DNA of 64,000 nt from the IMG/VR virus record IMGVR_UViG_3300023174_000061. One strand, written 5' to 3'. Positions within the stretch are counted from its first letter, which is position 1. Every line of letters starts with the position of its first letter. This document shows positions 1 through 8,136 of the stretch, in pieces. Source of the DNA: a virus. The notes beneath the pieces were generated by a model that ran no database searches, was not told the origin of the DNA, and worked only from the letters and a program-made list of their open reading frames with translations. The translations under genes and the position numbers were made by a program.

Positions 1-1
1 T

Positions 2-652
2 AATTCCGCACAACATTATGGGAACTCTAATCTTTGGATTCACGCACAAGAGGGTGCTGGAAGTGCAAAAGAAGAAAGATATGAACTCAAAAGAAAACTT
101 TATCGTGCTATAGCAAATGTCAATATTCTCGAAGGTATCAGGTTTTACGTCTCGTTCTCTTGCAGCTTTGCATTTGGTGAACTCAAACTTATGGAAGGAT
201 CCGCTAAAATTATCTCTCTCATCGCAAGAGACGAAAATCAGCACCTTGTTATTACTCAAAACATCCTCAATAAGTGGCGTGAAGGAGATGATCCAGAAAT
301 GCAACAAATTGCTAAAGAAGAAGAGGAATGGGTAAAGGGTGCCTTTGAGAATTGTGTAAATGAGGAAAAGAGGTGGGCAGAATATTTGTTTAAAGATGGT
401 TCAATGATTGGATTGAACGACAAACTTCTTTGGAGTTATGTTGAGTGGATTGCTAATCGTCGCATGAGGTCTATTGGTATTAAACCAATCTATGATGTTG
501 CTGCGAAAAACAATCCACTTCCTTGGACGGAGCATTGGATTAGTTCCAAAGGACTTCAAGTAGCACCACAAGAAACGGAAGTTGAAAGTTATGTAGTTGG
601 TGGTATTAAACAAGACGTAGAAAAAGATACTTTTGCTGGATTTCAACTATGA
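2..652 (+). CDS. nrdB: Ribonucleotide reductase class Ia beta subunit, 3' part (5' end outside window)
   Basis: Frame is open from base 2. It contains NVNILEGIRFYVSF, IARDENQH and the C-terminal APQETEVESY motif of NrdB. Confidence 0.97.
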   Translation, partial: NSAQHYGNSNLWIHAQEGAGSAKEERYELKRKLYRAIANVNILEGIRFYVSFSCSFAFGELKLMEGSAKIISLIARDENQHLVITQNILNKWREGDDPEMQQIAKEEEEWVKGAFENCVNEEKRWAEYLFKDGSMIGLNDKLLWSYVEWIANRRMRSIGIKPIYDVAAKNNPLPWTEHWISSKGLQVAPQETEVESYVVGGIKQDVEKDTFAGFQL

Positions 653-655
653 TGT

Positions 656-680
656 GAGGGGTTTCGACCCCTCTTTTTTT
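656..680 (+). terminator. Intrinsic terminator after nrdB
   Basis: GAGGGGT-TTCG-ACCCCTC followed by T7. Confidence 0.85.
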
Positions 681-687
681 ATAAATA
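680..687 (+). promoter_or_regulatory. T4-type late promoter
   Basis: TATAAATA just upstream of ATG 710. Confidence 0.8.
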
Positions 688-709
688 AAAAAAAGTATTG
701 TTTATTCAT

Positions 710-2119
710 ATGTCTGGAATTTCTAAGTTCAAACGAATTTACAGTGAAGGTGTTGCAGCAGAGCATCCAGATATTGCAGGGCAGAAAGAATTTGCGAATA
801 AGGCAGATGAAATTTTAGCAAGAAGAAAAAAAGATAGAGCACAAAGTGGAAAAAATGCTAAACTAGATGCTATTGGAAGAAAGTTATATAATATGAATAA
901 AATTGGAGAAGAAACTGAACTTGGTGAAGCACATTGGGACCCAGCAACCAAAACAATTAGTGATAAGAAAAGAACTGGAACTGACCCAGAAATTCAAAAA
1001 ATGGCTGCAAAAGCAGCAGCATCTGGACCAAAGAAAAGAAAACCACTTGGTTCAGTTCGTAAGAATAGTGCAGACTTTAAACCTTCCTCACCAGAGCAAG
1101 CAAAGTCAGATATGAAGAGTTGGGATAGATATTGGGAAGGTTCTTGGAAGAATAAGAAAATGAATGAAAAGATTGATGTAGGTGCTGATGCTGGTGCGAC
1201 AATCAGTGATTTCGTACATTCAAAAAGCAAAACTTTTAAGGGTGATAGTAAGAAGCAAAGAATTAAGAGAGCACTTGGTGCTTATTATGGAGCACAAAAA
1301 GAAGAAACAGAAAACATTTATGATTATGTAATTGAAGCATTAGTTGATGCTGATTTCGCACAAGATTATGAGACTGCTGAAAATATGTTTGAGTGTATGA
1401 GTGATGAATTTGTAGCAGTTATTTTTGAAGAATATATTGAAGAGAAGGCAAGAGGAACTAGACCAAAAAGAACAGTTCACGCATATGATGTGGATGAGAC
1501 TTTATTCGGTCACGGCAAGAAAGGAAAACCAAACGTTCAGGTTCACGTAAAAGACGCATCTGGAAAAAGAGTTCAAAGTTTAAGCAATCAAGAGTTTAAT
1601 ACTCATAAACTTGATAAAGCTAAGGGACATTCTTATGATTTTAGTGAGTTTCAAAGTGCTAAAAAGTTTAAGGAAACTTCAAGTCCAAATAAAAAAGTAA
1701 TCAAAGACGTTAAAAGAAAACAAGCAAGAGGACAAAACGTTCATATAATTACTGCTCGTTCAAAGTTTGATAAACCAAGTGAATTCCAAGGACATTTGAA
1801 GAAGCACGGTATTGATGTTCCTATGAATAAAATTCATTATACTGGTGGAATGAAAGGTAGTGATATTGGAAAGAAAAAAGTAGATGTTGCAAATGCAGTT
1901 GCAAAGCAGAGTGGTGCTAAAACAACTCATATGTATGATGATGCTGCAAAAGTTCATAAGGCATTTGAGAAAGAGAAAAAGAACAAACCAACTTCGGCAA
2001 AAATCAAAACTCATATGGTTGCACCAGACAAAAAGGGAGAAACTAAAGTTCGTTCTTATCAAGCAACAAAAAATGAAGAGATGACTTCCTATGACTACTG
2101 GAAGCAATTTGTAGATTGA
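710..2119 (+). CDS. Modular late protein (putative internal head protein) with C-terminal HAD phosphatase-like domain
   Basis: Alternating basic and acidic blocks. Acidic module IYDYVIEALVDADFAQDYETAENMFECMSDE. HAD motifs YDVDETLF, ITARS, K and YDD. Confidence 0.7.
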   Translation: MSGISKFKRIYSEGVAAEHPDIAGQKEFANKADEILARRKKDRAQSGKNAKLDAIGRKLYNMNKIGEETELGEAHWDPATKTISDKKRTGTDPEIQKMAAKAAASGPKKRKPLGSVRKNSADFKPSSPEQAKSDMKSWDRYWEGSWKNKKMNEKIDVGADAGATISDFVHSKSKTFKGDSKKQRIKRALGAYYGAQKEETENIYDYVIEALVDADFAQDYETAENMFECMSDEFVAVIFEEYIEEKARGTRPKRTVHAYDVDETLFGHGKKGKPNVQVHVKDASGKRVQSLSNQEFNTHKLDKAKGHSYDFSEFQSAKKFKETSSPNKKVIKDVKRKQARGQNVHIITARSKFDKPSEFQGHLKKHGIDVPMNKIHYTGGMKGSDIGKKKVDVANAVAKQSGAKTTHMYDDAAKVHKAFEKEKKNKPTSAKIKTHMVAPDKKGETKVRSYQATKNEEMTSYDYWKQFVD

Positions 2120-2131
2120 TGGAGTAGGAAG

Positions 2132-2245
2132 ATGAATGAGGAGTTTCAAAAACCTCATAAAAAGAAAACTTTTTCTCAACAAGAGAAACTTTTGAAACTC
2201 CAAAAACTATTGAAAAAACTAGAAGACAAGAAGAAAAAAGAATAA
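2132..2245 (+). CDS. Small lysine-rich hypothetical protein (37 aa)
   Basis: ATG follows GGAG/AGGA and the ORF fills the intergenic gap. Confidence 0.35.
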   Translation: MNEEFQKPHKKKTFSQQEKLLKLQKLLKKLEDKKKKE

Positions 2246-2283
2246 ATAAGTATATAAAAGTACTTTTTACTGCTCCCAAGAAG

Positions 2284-4146
2284 ATGAATAAAAAAGATTT
2301 GGATGCTTTGAACGAGTTATATTCGAGTGTTTATAGTGGAGAGCAGTTAGATGAGGCTCCTGCACCTTGGGAAACAGAGGGGTTTCGGAAAAGTAATGCG
2401 GGAAAATTTGTTTCAAAAGTTTCAAATGCTGCCAGATCATTTGGAAATTATCTTGCTCCACCTGCTTCTGCATCTGCTAATCCAAGTGTGAGAGCTGCGG
2501 CAGCAAGAGAAACTTCCGCAACAACACCTGCCAAGAAGATGGGATCTGAAGTTCCAAAAAGAATTTCACAGGCTCCAAGACCCACAGCACTTCCACAAGC
2601 ATCTACACCATCTACTGCACCAAGACCAGCAGCATCTTCAACTGTTCTTGCAAAACAAAAAGGAGTTGAAGGTAAGTTAGATAAAGCAACTGGTAAGTTT
2701 ACTGCTGGTGCGTTTAGTGGTGCAGAGAAGTCCCGTTATTCAAGTGTTGCTGTAAAAAATGCTGGAACACAATCTACAACTAATGATAAAGAAGCAAATA
2801 TGGCAACGTGGGCAAAGGCAAATAAAAATATGATACAAAATGTTGGTACGTCATCCCAAAAAGCAATTCTTGCAAAATCAGAACCTTTAAAATCATTTAC
2901 TACAAAACCACCTACTCCTGGTTCTGGTGCTCTTGCAAACGCAGTTACAACAGCAACAGCAAAACCACTTGATACTAATTTTAAATCTATAAATAATACA
3001 AAGCCCAAACCAACGACAATGACACAATCTTACGAATGGTCTTCTGCTAAAACTTTGAGAGATATTGCAGGTGCTTATAATGAAATCTACGAAGCAAAGA
3101 AAAAAGTAGACCAAGATGAAGATGGTGATAATGACTTTGCGGATGTAAGAGTTGCAAGAATGATTGCTTCTGGTGTTCCCAAAGCAAAAGCAATTGCTAT
3201 GGTGAAGAACAAATCTTATAATGAAGAAGTTGAACTTTGGGTAAATGAACTTTTAGAAGAAGGTTATGACCTAAGTGAATATACTTGGGAAGATATGTTT
3301 GAGATTTATGAAGAAATTGAATATATTGAAGAAAGAGACGAAGGAAAACCAGGTTTGATGTTTAAGAAGATTGCTGCAAAAGCAGCAAAGAAATATGGTT
3401 CAAAAGAAGCAGGGAATAGAGTTGCTGGAGCAATTCGTAAGAAAGTTCTTGCGAATGAAGCAACTGCGATGACTAAGAGAGGTTATGATGAGACCGAAAT
3501 TCGTAATAAGATTGCAAAATCAACAGGTGGTGGAAAATTTGCCGATAAAGCAACTGAATTAGAAAATAGACCAACTTTTGGAGATAAGTCAAAGCAAGCA
3601 TCAAGAGAAAAACTTGCAAGAACGCAGAGAGGTGATTTCCGCAGAACAAATTCTTCTGATTATGGTCTTCGTTTGGGTGCTCATAAGTCCAATGATCCTG
3701 CCGTAAAAGCAAAGCAGGCAGCAAGAGGAAAGCAAAGAAGTCCTTTGACCCCTAAAGAGAAAAAGCAACTCAATAGAGAGGCATATGAAGCATACGAGTT
3801 TGTATCATCATATCTTCTTGAAAACAACTTCGCAACAACAGTTGATGACGCAAATGTAATTATCAACAATATGAGTGAGGGTTGGTTTGAAAGTATTATG
3901 GAAGAAAAGAAACCTCTTCCTATTGCTAAAATGAAAAGAAAAGAAACAAAATTTCTTGGTAGTGATGAAGAACACCTTGCAGCATTGAAGACACCTATGG
4001 GTTCTCCTGAAAGAAAAAAAGCAATGAAAAACCTTGAAAAATTTGATAATATCAATACAGCAAGAACAAGTATTTCAAAAAGAGGTGGAAAAGAACCACA
4101 TCCAATGCCAGAAGTAGGTAGATATAAACCAAAATACGAAGATTGA
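2284..4146 (+). CDS. Modular late protein (putative internal head polyprotein)
   Basis: Late promoter variant AATAAATA at 2241-2248. Repeated acidic modules (WVNELLEEGYDLSEYTWED; YLLENNFATTVDDANVIINNMSEGW) separate K/R/A/P-rich blocks. Confidence 0.7.
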   Translation: MNKKDLDALNELYSSVYSGEQLDEAPAPWETEGFRKSNAGKFVSKVSNAARSFGNYLAPPASASANPSVRAAAARETSATTPAKKMGSEVPKRISQAPRPTALPQASTPSTAPRPAASSTVLAKQKGVEGKLDKATGKFTAGAFSGAEKSRYSSVAVKNAGTQSTTNDKEANMATWAKANKNMIQNVGTSSQKAILAKSEPLKSFTTKPPTPGSGALANAVTTATAKPLDTNFKSINNTKPKPTTMTQSYEWSSAKTLRDIAGAYNEIYEAKKKVDQDEDGDNDFADVRVARMIASGVPKAKAIAMVKNKSYNEEVELWVNELLEEGYDLSEYTWEDMFEIYEEIEYIEERDEGKPGLMFKKIAAKAAKKYGSKEAGNRVAGAIRKKVLANEATAMTKRGYDETEIRNKIAKSTGGGKFADKATELENRPTFGDKSKQASREKLARTQRGDFRRTNSSDYGLRLGAHKSNDPAVKAKQAARGKQRSPLTPKEKKQLNREAYEAYEFVSSYLLENNFATTVDDANVIINNMSEGWFESIMEEKKPLPIAKMKRKETKFLGSDEEHLAALKTPMGSPERKKAMKNLEKFDNINTARTSISKRGGKEPHPMPEVGRYKPKYED

Positions 4147-4174
4147 TATAATATTACAACCCATTAAGTACCCC

Positions 4175-4203
4175 TTGACAGGTGCTTTTTTTATGACTAT
4201 AAT
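4175..4203 (+). promoter_or_regulatory. Sigma70-type (early) promoter
   Basis: TTGACA-N17-TATAAT, perfect consensus. Confidence 0.85.
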
Positions 4204-4266
4204 CACTCTGTTAGGGTTGAAGATAAGTTATACTTATAAATAACTTGAATATTATTAGGGACCCGA

Positions 4267-4713
4267 ATGAGTTATGAAAACCCTTGGTTATATCAAGGAA
4301 AAGTTTTTGAGACAGAAGATATTCAAGAGAATTTTGGATTTGTTTATTTGATAAGTTGTGAAGAAACTCAAAGAAAATATTTGGGAAGAAAATACTTTTG
4401 GTCTTTTAGAACACCAAAAGGAAAGAAAAGAAAAGTAAAACAAGAAAGTGATTGGAAAAATTATTATGGTTCTTGTCCTGAATTAAAAGAAGACATAAAA
4501 AAACACGGAAAGGATAAGTTTCAAAGAACTATAGTGTCTCTTCATAAGACATTAGGCAAAACAAACTATGAAGAGACAAGGCAATTATTCTTAAATAACG
4601 TCCTGACGGAAGCACTTGACAGTGGAGTTCCTACGTATTATAATTCCAACATACTTTCAAGGTATTTTAGGAAGGATTACTTTAATGCGACTTCATATCA
4701 AGAAAATCTGTAA
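4267..4713 (+). CDS. GIY-YIG (Seg-like) nuclease-domain protein
   Basis: GFVY...KYLGRK...YYGS...E...YYN motifs. Confidence 0.75.
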   Translation: MSYENPWLYQGKVFETEDIQENFGFVYLISCEETQRKYLGRKYFWSFRTPKGKKRKVKQESDWKNYYGSCPELKEDIKKHGKDKFQRTIVSLHKTLGKTNYEETRQLFLNNVLTEALDSGVPTYYNSNILSRYFRKDYFNATSYQENL

Positions 4714-4879
4714 TGATACGATACAACAACATATTGATCGTATGCACGATTTGTGTGAAGAGGGTAGACCAAGAGATGCGGAATGTATCTATAGTGAAAT
4801 CCGTGATTGGGTAATTCAAAAAGAAAATCTTGAAGTATTATCTCTCGATTATATCAGTGGAAACTTTTTAGATTTTTAA
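4685..4879 (+). CDS. Hypothetical protein
   Basis: 64-aa ORF overlapping the end of the previous gene. Confidence 0.55.
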   Translation: MRLHIKKICNDTIQQHIDRMHDLCEEGRPRDAECIYSEIRDWVIQKENLEVLSLDYISGNFLDF

Positions 4880-5048
4880 CCATTTCTAAATACTGTGATA
4901 TAATGTAAAAATCCATTTTTGGATTCCTATTATGAGTAGGTTTTAATATTATGAGAATTTGATTGTGAAAATTAGAGCCCAGGAAAGTGCCTCCCGAAAG
5001 GGTTGGTGTACCCCCTTTCTATTGGGATGTAGAATTCAGTAAAACTTA

Positions 5049-5687
5049 ATGCAAAATTTCTTTACAGTAACCTTGCCCCTTTTGGCAGCGGTTACGACCA
5101 ATACGGCAACATTGCCTGGTTTATTTCCTCCTCCCCCTGTCGGTGGTCCTCCACCGTTTTCTGTTATTAAGGAGTTTGAGACCAAGACAACGACCAAAGA
5201 GGTTGTTCCCGAAAAGCCAAAAGAGAAAAGGTTAATTTGTAAAGGGTGTAATGAAAATGAAAATGTTGCCCTGAATTATTTTCAGGACATTGGAATTACA
5301 GATAAAAACGCCCTTGCTACTATCATGGGCAACATTAAACAGGAATCAACATTTCAGTCTAATGTTTGCGAAGGTGGTAGTAAAACCAGTTGGAGTAACT
5401 GCGGAGGTGGTTACGGACTAATTCAATTTACTTCTGCCTCTCGTTATTATGGATTGGGTGCATTTGCTAAAAAAATAGGAGGTAATCCTTCACATCTTCA
5501 TACTCAACTTCGGTATATTTCTACTGAACCGCAGTGGAAAAATATTGAAAATGGAATGAAAGTTCCTGGTAAATCCATTAATAGGTATATGAATTATGCA
5601 TACAAATGGATTGGGTGGGGACACGCAGGTTCAAGAACTAATTATGCTTATGACTATGCTAAAAGATTAGTTCTTGCTAATGCCTAA
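5049..5687 (+). CDS. Cell-wall hydrolase, phage tail lysozyme (Phage_lysozyme2-like), with N-terminal signal-like segment
   Basis: ALATIMGNIKQES and GYGLIQFT motifs; hydrophobic N-terminus. Confidence 0.75.
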   Translation: MQNFFTVTLPLLAAVTTNTATLPGLFPPPPVGGPPPFSVIKEFETKTTTKEVVPEKPKEKRLICKGCNENENVALNYFQDIGITDKNALATIMGNIKQESTFQSNVCEGGSKTSWSNCGGGYGLIQFTSASRYYGLGAFAKKIGGNPSHLHTQLRYISTEPQWKNIENGMKVPGKSINRYMNYAYKWIGWGHAGSRTNYAYDYAKRLVLANA

Positions 5688-5694
5688 ATAACTT

Positions 5695-5753
5695 TACCTG
5701 ACTTGTGTGGTAACTTTTCGGGTATGATTGGAGTGTTTCGGCACTCCTTTCTT
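5695..5753 (+). ncRNA. Putative late two-hairpin antisense sRNA paired with the downstream endonuclease (copy 1)
   Basis: CCTAAATA at 5683-90. Stem TACCTGA/TCGGGTA. 5701-12 is the exact reverse complement of 5767-78. Terminator GGAGTGT-TTCG-GCACTCC-TTTCTT. TATAAATA at 5755-62. Confidence 0.6.
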
Positions 5754-5787
5754 GTATAAATAGTAATACCACACAAGTTAGAGTAGT

Positions 5788-6438
5788 ATGAAACACTTTT
5801 ATGTCTATTATTCCTATGAGGAATATGGAAGAGGTTATATTGGAAAAAGAGAATGCAGTTGTCTTCCAGAAGAAGATGTAAGTTATTTTGGAAGTTTTCA
5901 CGATAAAATTTTCAACCCAACTCAAAAAATTATTTTAGAAACTTTTGATAGTGTAGAAGAGGCACTTGAAGCAGAATGTGCTCTTCATAATTTTTATGAG
6001 GTAAATAAAAATCCACACTTTGCTAATAGAGCAAAACAAACTTCTACTGGATTTTATTGTAATAAAGGACCAAGTAAAGAAGCAAACAAAAAAAGAAGTG
6101 AGTTGATGAAAACAGAATATAATCCTATGAGTAATCCAGAACTTAAAGAGAAAGCAAAAAAAAATTTGATTAAGACTTTGAGTAATCCAGAAATTAAAAA
6201 GAAAAAAAGTATAAGTGGAAAATTAGCACACAATCAACCAGAAGTAATTGAGAAACATAGACAGGCAGCAATCAAATCCCATCAAAATCCGGGAACAAAA
6301 AGGAAACATATTGAGGCAAAACTTGGTGAGAAAAATCCTTGTTATGGTAAAAAATGGATTACGAATGGAAATGAAAACAAATATATAAATGCTACTGATA
6401 AGGTTCCAGATGGTTTTCGGTATGGTAGAGTTTTATAA
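5788..6438 (+). CDS. Free-standing GIY-YIG (Seg-like) homing endonuclease
   Basis: FYVY...GYIGKR...YFGS...EAE...FAN catalytic domain, with basic NUMOD-like C-terminal repeats (GEKNPCYGKKWITNG). Confidence 0.85.
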   Translation: MKHFYVYYSYEEYGRGYIGKRECSCLPEEDVSYFGSFHDKIFNPTQKIILETFDSVEEALEAECALHNFYEVNKNPHFANRAKQTSTGFYCNKGPSKEANKKRSELMKTEYNPMSNPELKEKAKKNLIKTLSNPEIKKKKSISGKLAHNQPEVIEKHRQAAIKSHQNPGTKRKHIEAKLGEKNPCYGKKWITNGNENKYINATDKVPDGFRYGRVL

Positions 6439-6460
6439 ATAACTAAAAAGTATTAGTAAA

Positions 6461-6973
6461 ATGGACGCACAAGAACTTCGCAATCTTCAAGAAGCATATA
6501 TGGAAGTTGTTATGAATGAAAATACTTCAGATAAATTGGCAGCAAAAGCAAAACAAGTTGCACAATCTACTACTTCATCTCTATCAAGACAAGAAGTGTA
6601 TCGACTTCTTTCTTTAAAAGCAAAAAAACGTGCTTCTGGAGGTACTCCAGTTGAACGAGGAAAACTTAGAAGAAAAGTATCTTCTGTACCTCAGGCGGAT
6701 TTTGATAGTGATTTGAGTAGAAGTGGATTAACACAATCTAAGAGAGATGAAAGAAGATATACATCAGGAGCATCTATTGGTCCTGGTGGAATAACTAAAA
6801 ACCGCAAGAAACTTCGTAAGCAAAAGGTTATGGGAGAATTTGGAGAACAAGCAGACATCTACGACATCATCCTCTCACACTTACTTGATGAGGGTTATGC
6901 CGAAACACCAGAAGCAGCAGAAGCAATTATGGTGAATATGAGTGAAGAGTGGAGAGATAGTATTGTTGGGTAG
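6461..6973 (+). CDS. Putative internal head protein with acidic N- and C-terminal modules and a basic core
   Basis: TATAAATA at 6434-41. MDAQELRNLQEAYMEV ... DIYDIILSHLLDEGYAETPEAAEAIMVNMSEEW. Confidence 0.65.
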   Translation: MDAQELRNLQEAYMEVVMNENTSDKLAAKAKQVAQSTTSSLSRQEVYRLLSLKAKKRASGGTPVERGKLRRKVSSVPQADFDSDLSRSGLTQSKRDERRYTSGASIGPGGITKNRKKLRKQKVMGEFGEQADIYDIILSHLLDEGYAETPEAAEAIMVNMSEEWRDSIVG

Positions 6974-6986
6974 AAGTCTGATATAT

Positions 6987-7014
6987 AAGGGGAGTGTTTC
7001 TGCTCCCCTTTCTT
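6987..7014 (+). terminator. Intrinsic terminator-like hairpin
   Basis: AAGGGGAG..CTCCCCTT stem followed by TCTT. Confidence 0.6.
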
Positions 7015-7527
7015 ATGTCAAATGTAATATTAGAACTAGGTGGAAATCCAAATCGTTTGGATAAAGCAATAGAAGTTTTTAAGGAAAATCCAAATTCAAT
7101 CATTATAATTTCAACAGAAGGAAGTTTGCAACTTTGTATAGATAAACTGAAATCTGCTGGCATACCAGATAATCAATATATTTTTGATTATAGTGCTTGG
7201 GATACTGTAACTAATTTCACAGAAACTTATAATTTAATTAAATCAAAAACTCCTCAAAAGTTATTTGTAGTCACTGATGAATTTCATATGAAGAGGTCAT
7301 TAGTAATTGCAAATAATGTTTACTTCTCTACTGAAATTGATGTTATTCCTTGTCCTTATATGGGCGGAGATTTACAAAGAATTGAAAAAGATTTGTTAAT
7401 TTGGGGGGATTTTGTCCGTTCTTTAATATGGAAATTAACTGGTTATTTGTTTTATGATCCAAGTGTTAAAAATGAAAGAATGCCTCAAATTAAAGCAGAT
7501 GAAAAGTTAGTTAAAGAACTTTTATAA
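7015..7527 (+). CDS. DUF218/YdcF/ElyC-family protein
   Basis: LGG...R, DTVTN and VVTDEFHMKRS motifs. Confidence 0.8.
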   Translation: MSNVILELGGNPNRLDKAIEVFKENPNSIIIISTEGSLQLCIDKLKSAGIPDNQYIFDYSAWDTVTNFTETYNLIKSKTPQKLFVVTDEFHMKRSLVIANNVYFSTEIDVIPCPYMGGDLQRIEKDLLIWGDFVRSLIWKLTGYLFYDPSVKNERMPQIKADEKLVKELL

Positions 7528-7528
7528 A

Positions 7529-7942
7529 ATGAACTTTAATTTTGGCAAACAAAAACCAGATATAAAGCAATATGCAATTATAGGAATTGTATTGAGTTCT
7601 ATTGTAGGATTACTTTCCCAATGTACTGGAATTAAACAGAATAATATTTGGGATTTACTTGATGAAGTTCAAAGAAGATATTTTCCTCATAGCATTATCA
7701 ACGAGTTTATACTTAAAGATCCAGAGAAACTTGACCGAAGAATACATCGTGATGTTGATGCAGCAATCGCAGAATATGAACGGTTGACAGGGGATGATGG
7801 AAAGGTTAGAATACCTTCACCACGATACTCAGAGAAACCACCAGACGGGTCTTATGCCCAATCAGTTCTTGGTGGTGAAATGAGATTGTGTGCTCCTTGG
7901 GTTGACGACTGCCCAAAAGATGCGAAATTAATTCAGCGGTAG
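7529..7942 (+). CDS. Hypothetical protein with an N-terminal membrane anchor
   Basis: 137-aa ORF with hydrophobic YAIIGIVLSSIVGLL. Its 3' end overlaps tRNA-Gly. Confidence 0.65.
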   Translation: MNFNFGKQKPDIKQYAIIGIVLSSIVGLLSQCTGIKQNNIWDLLDEVQRRYFPHSIINEFILKDPEKLDRRIHRDVDAAIAEYERLTGDDGKVRIPSPRYSEKPPDGSYAQSVLGGEMRLCAPWVDDCPKDAKLIQR

Positions 7943-7993
7943 AATGTCTGCCTTCCAAGCAGAACGTCAGGAGTTCGAATCTCCTATTTCGCT
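7922..7993 (+). tRNA. tRNA-Gly (anticodon TCC)
   Basis: Cloverleaf: acceptor GCGAAAT/ATTTCGC, anticodon arm TCTGC-CT TCC AA-GCAGA, T arm AGGAG-TTCGAAT-CTCCT. No encoded CCA. Confidence 0.95.
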
Positions 7994-8011
7994 TTCTTAA
8001 CCAAATCTTAG

Positions 8012-8040
8012 TTGACAAATCAGAAGAAGTAGTTTAAGAT
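8012..8040 (+). promoter_or_regulatory. Sigma70-type promoter of the porin gene
   Basis: TTGACA-N17-TAAGAT. Confidence 0.7.
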
Positions 8041-8136
8041 GCCATTGTCTTAAGATTTGATTAAGATATCTAAATAACAAAGATTTACCTAGTTGTAAAT
8101 CTTCACATTATCGTTTAGTATAAAAAAACAAACTTT

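Noticed and set aside
4972-5048. c-di-AMP (ydaO) riboswitch upstream of the cell-wall hydrolase
   Set aside because: It is too short and lacks the GCUGAAUCC and CCCGUCAGCUAAC signatures. Kept only as an unassigned structured leader.
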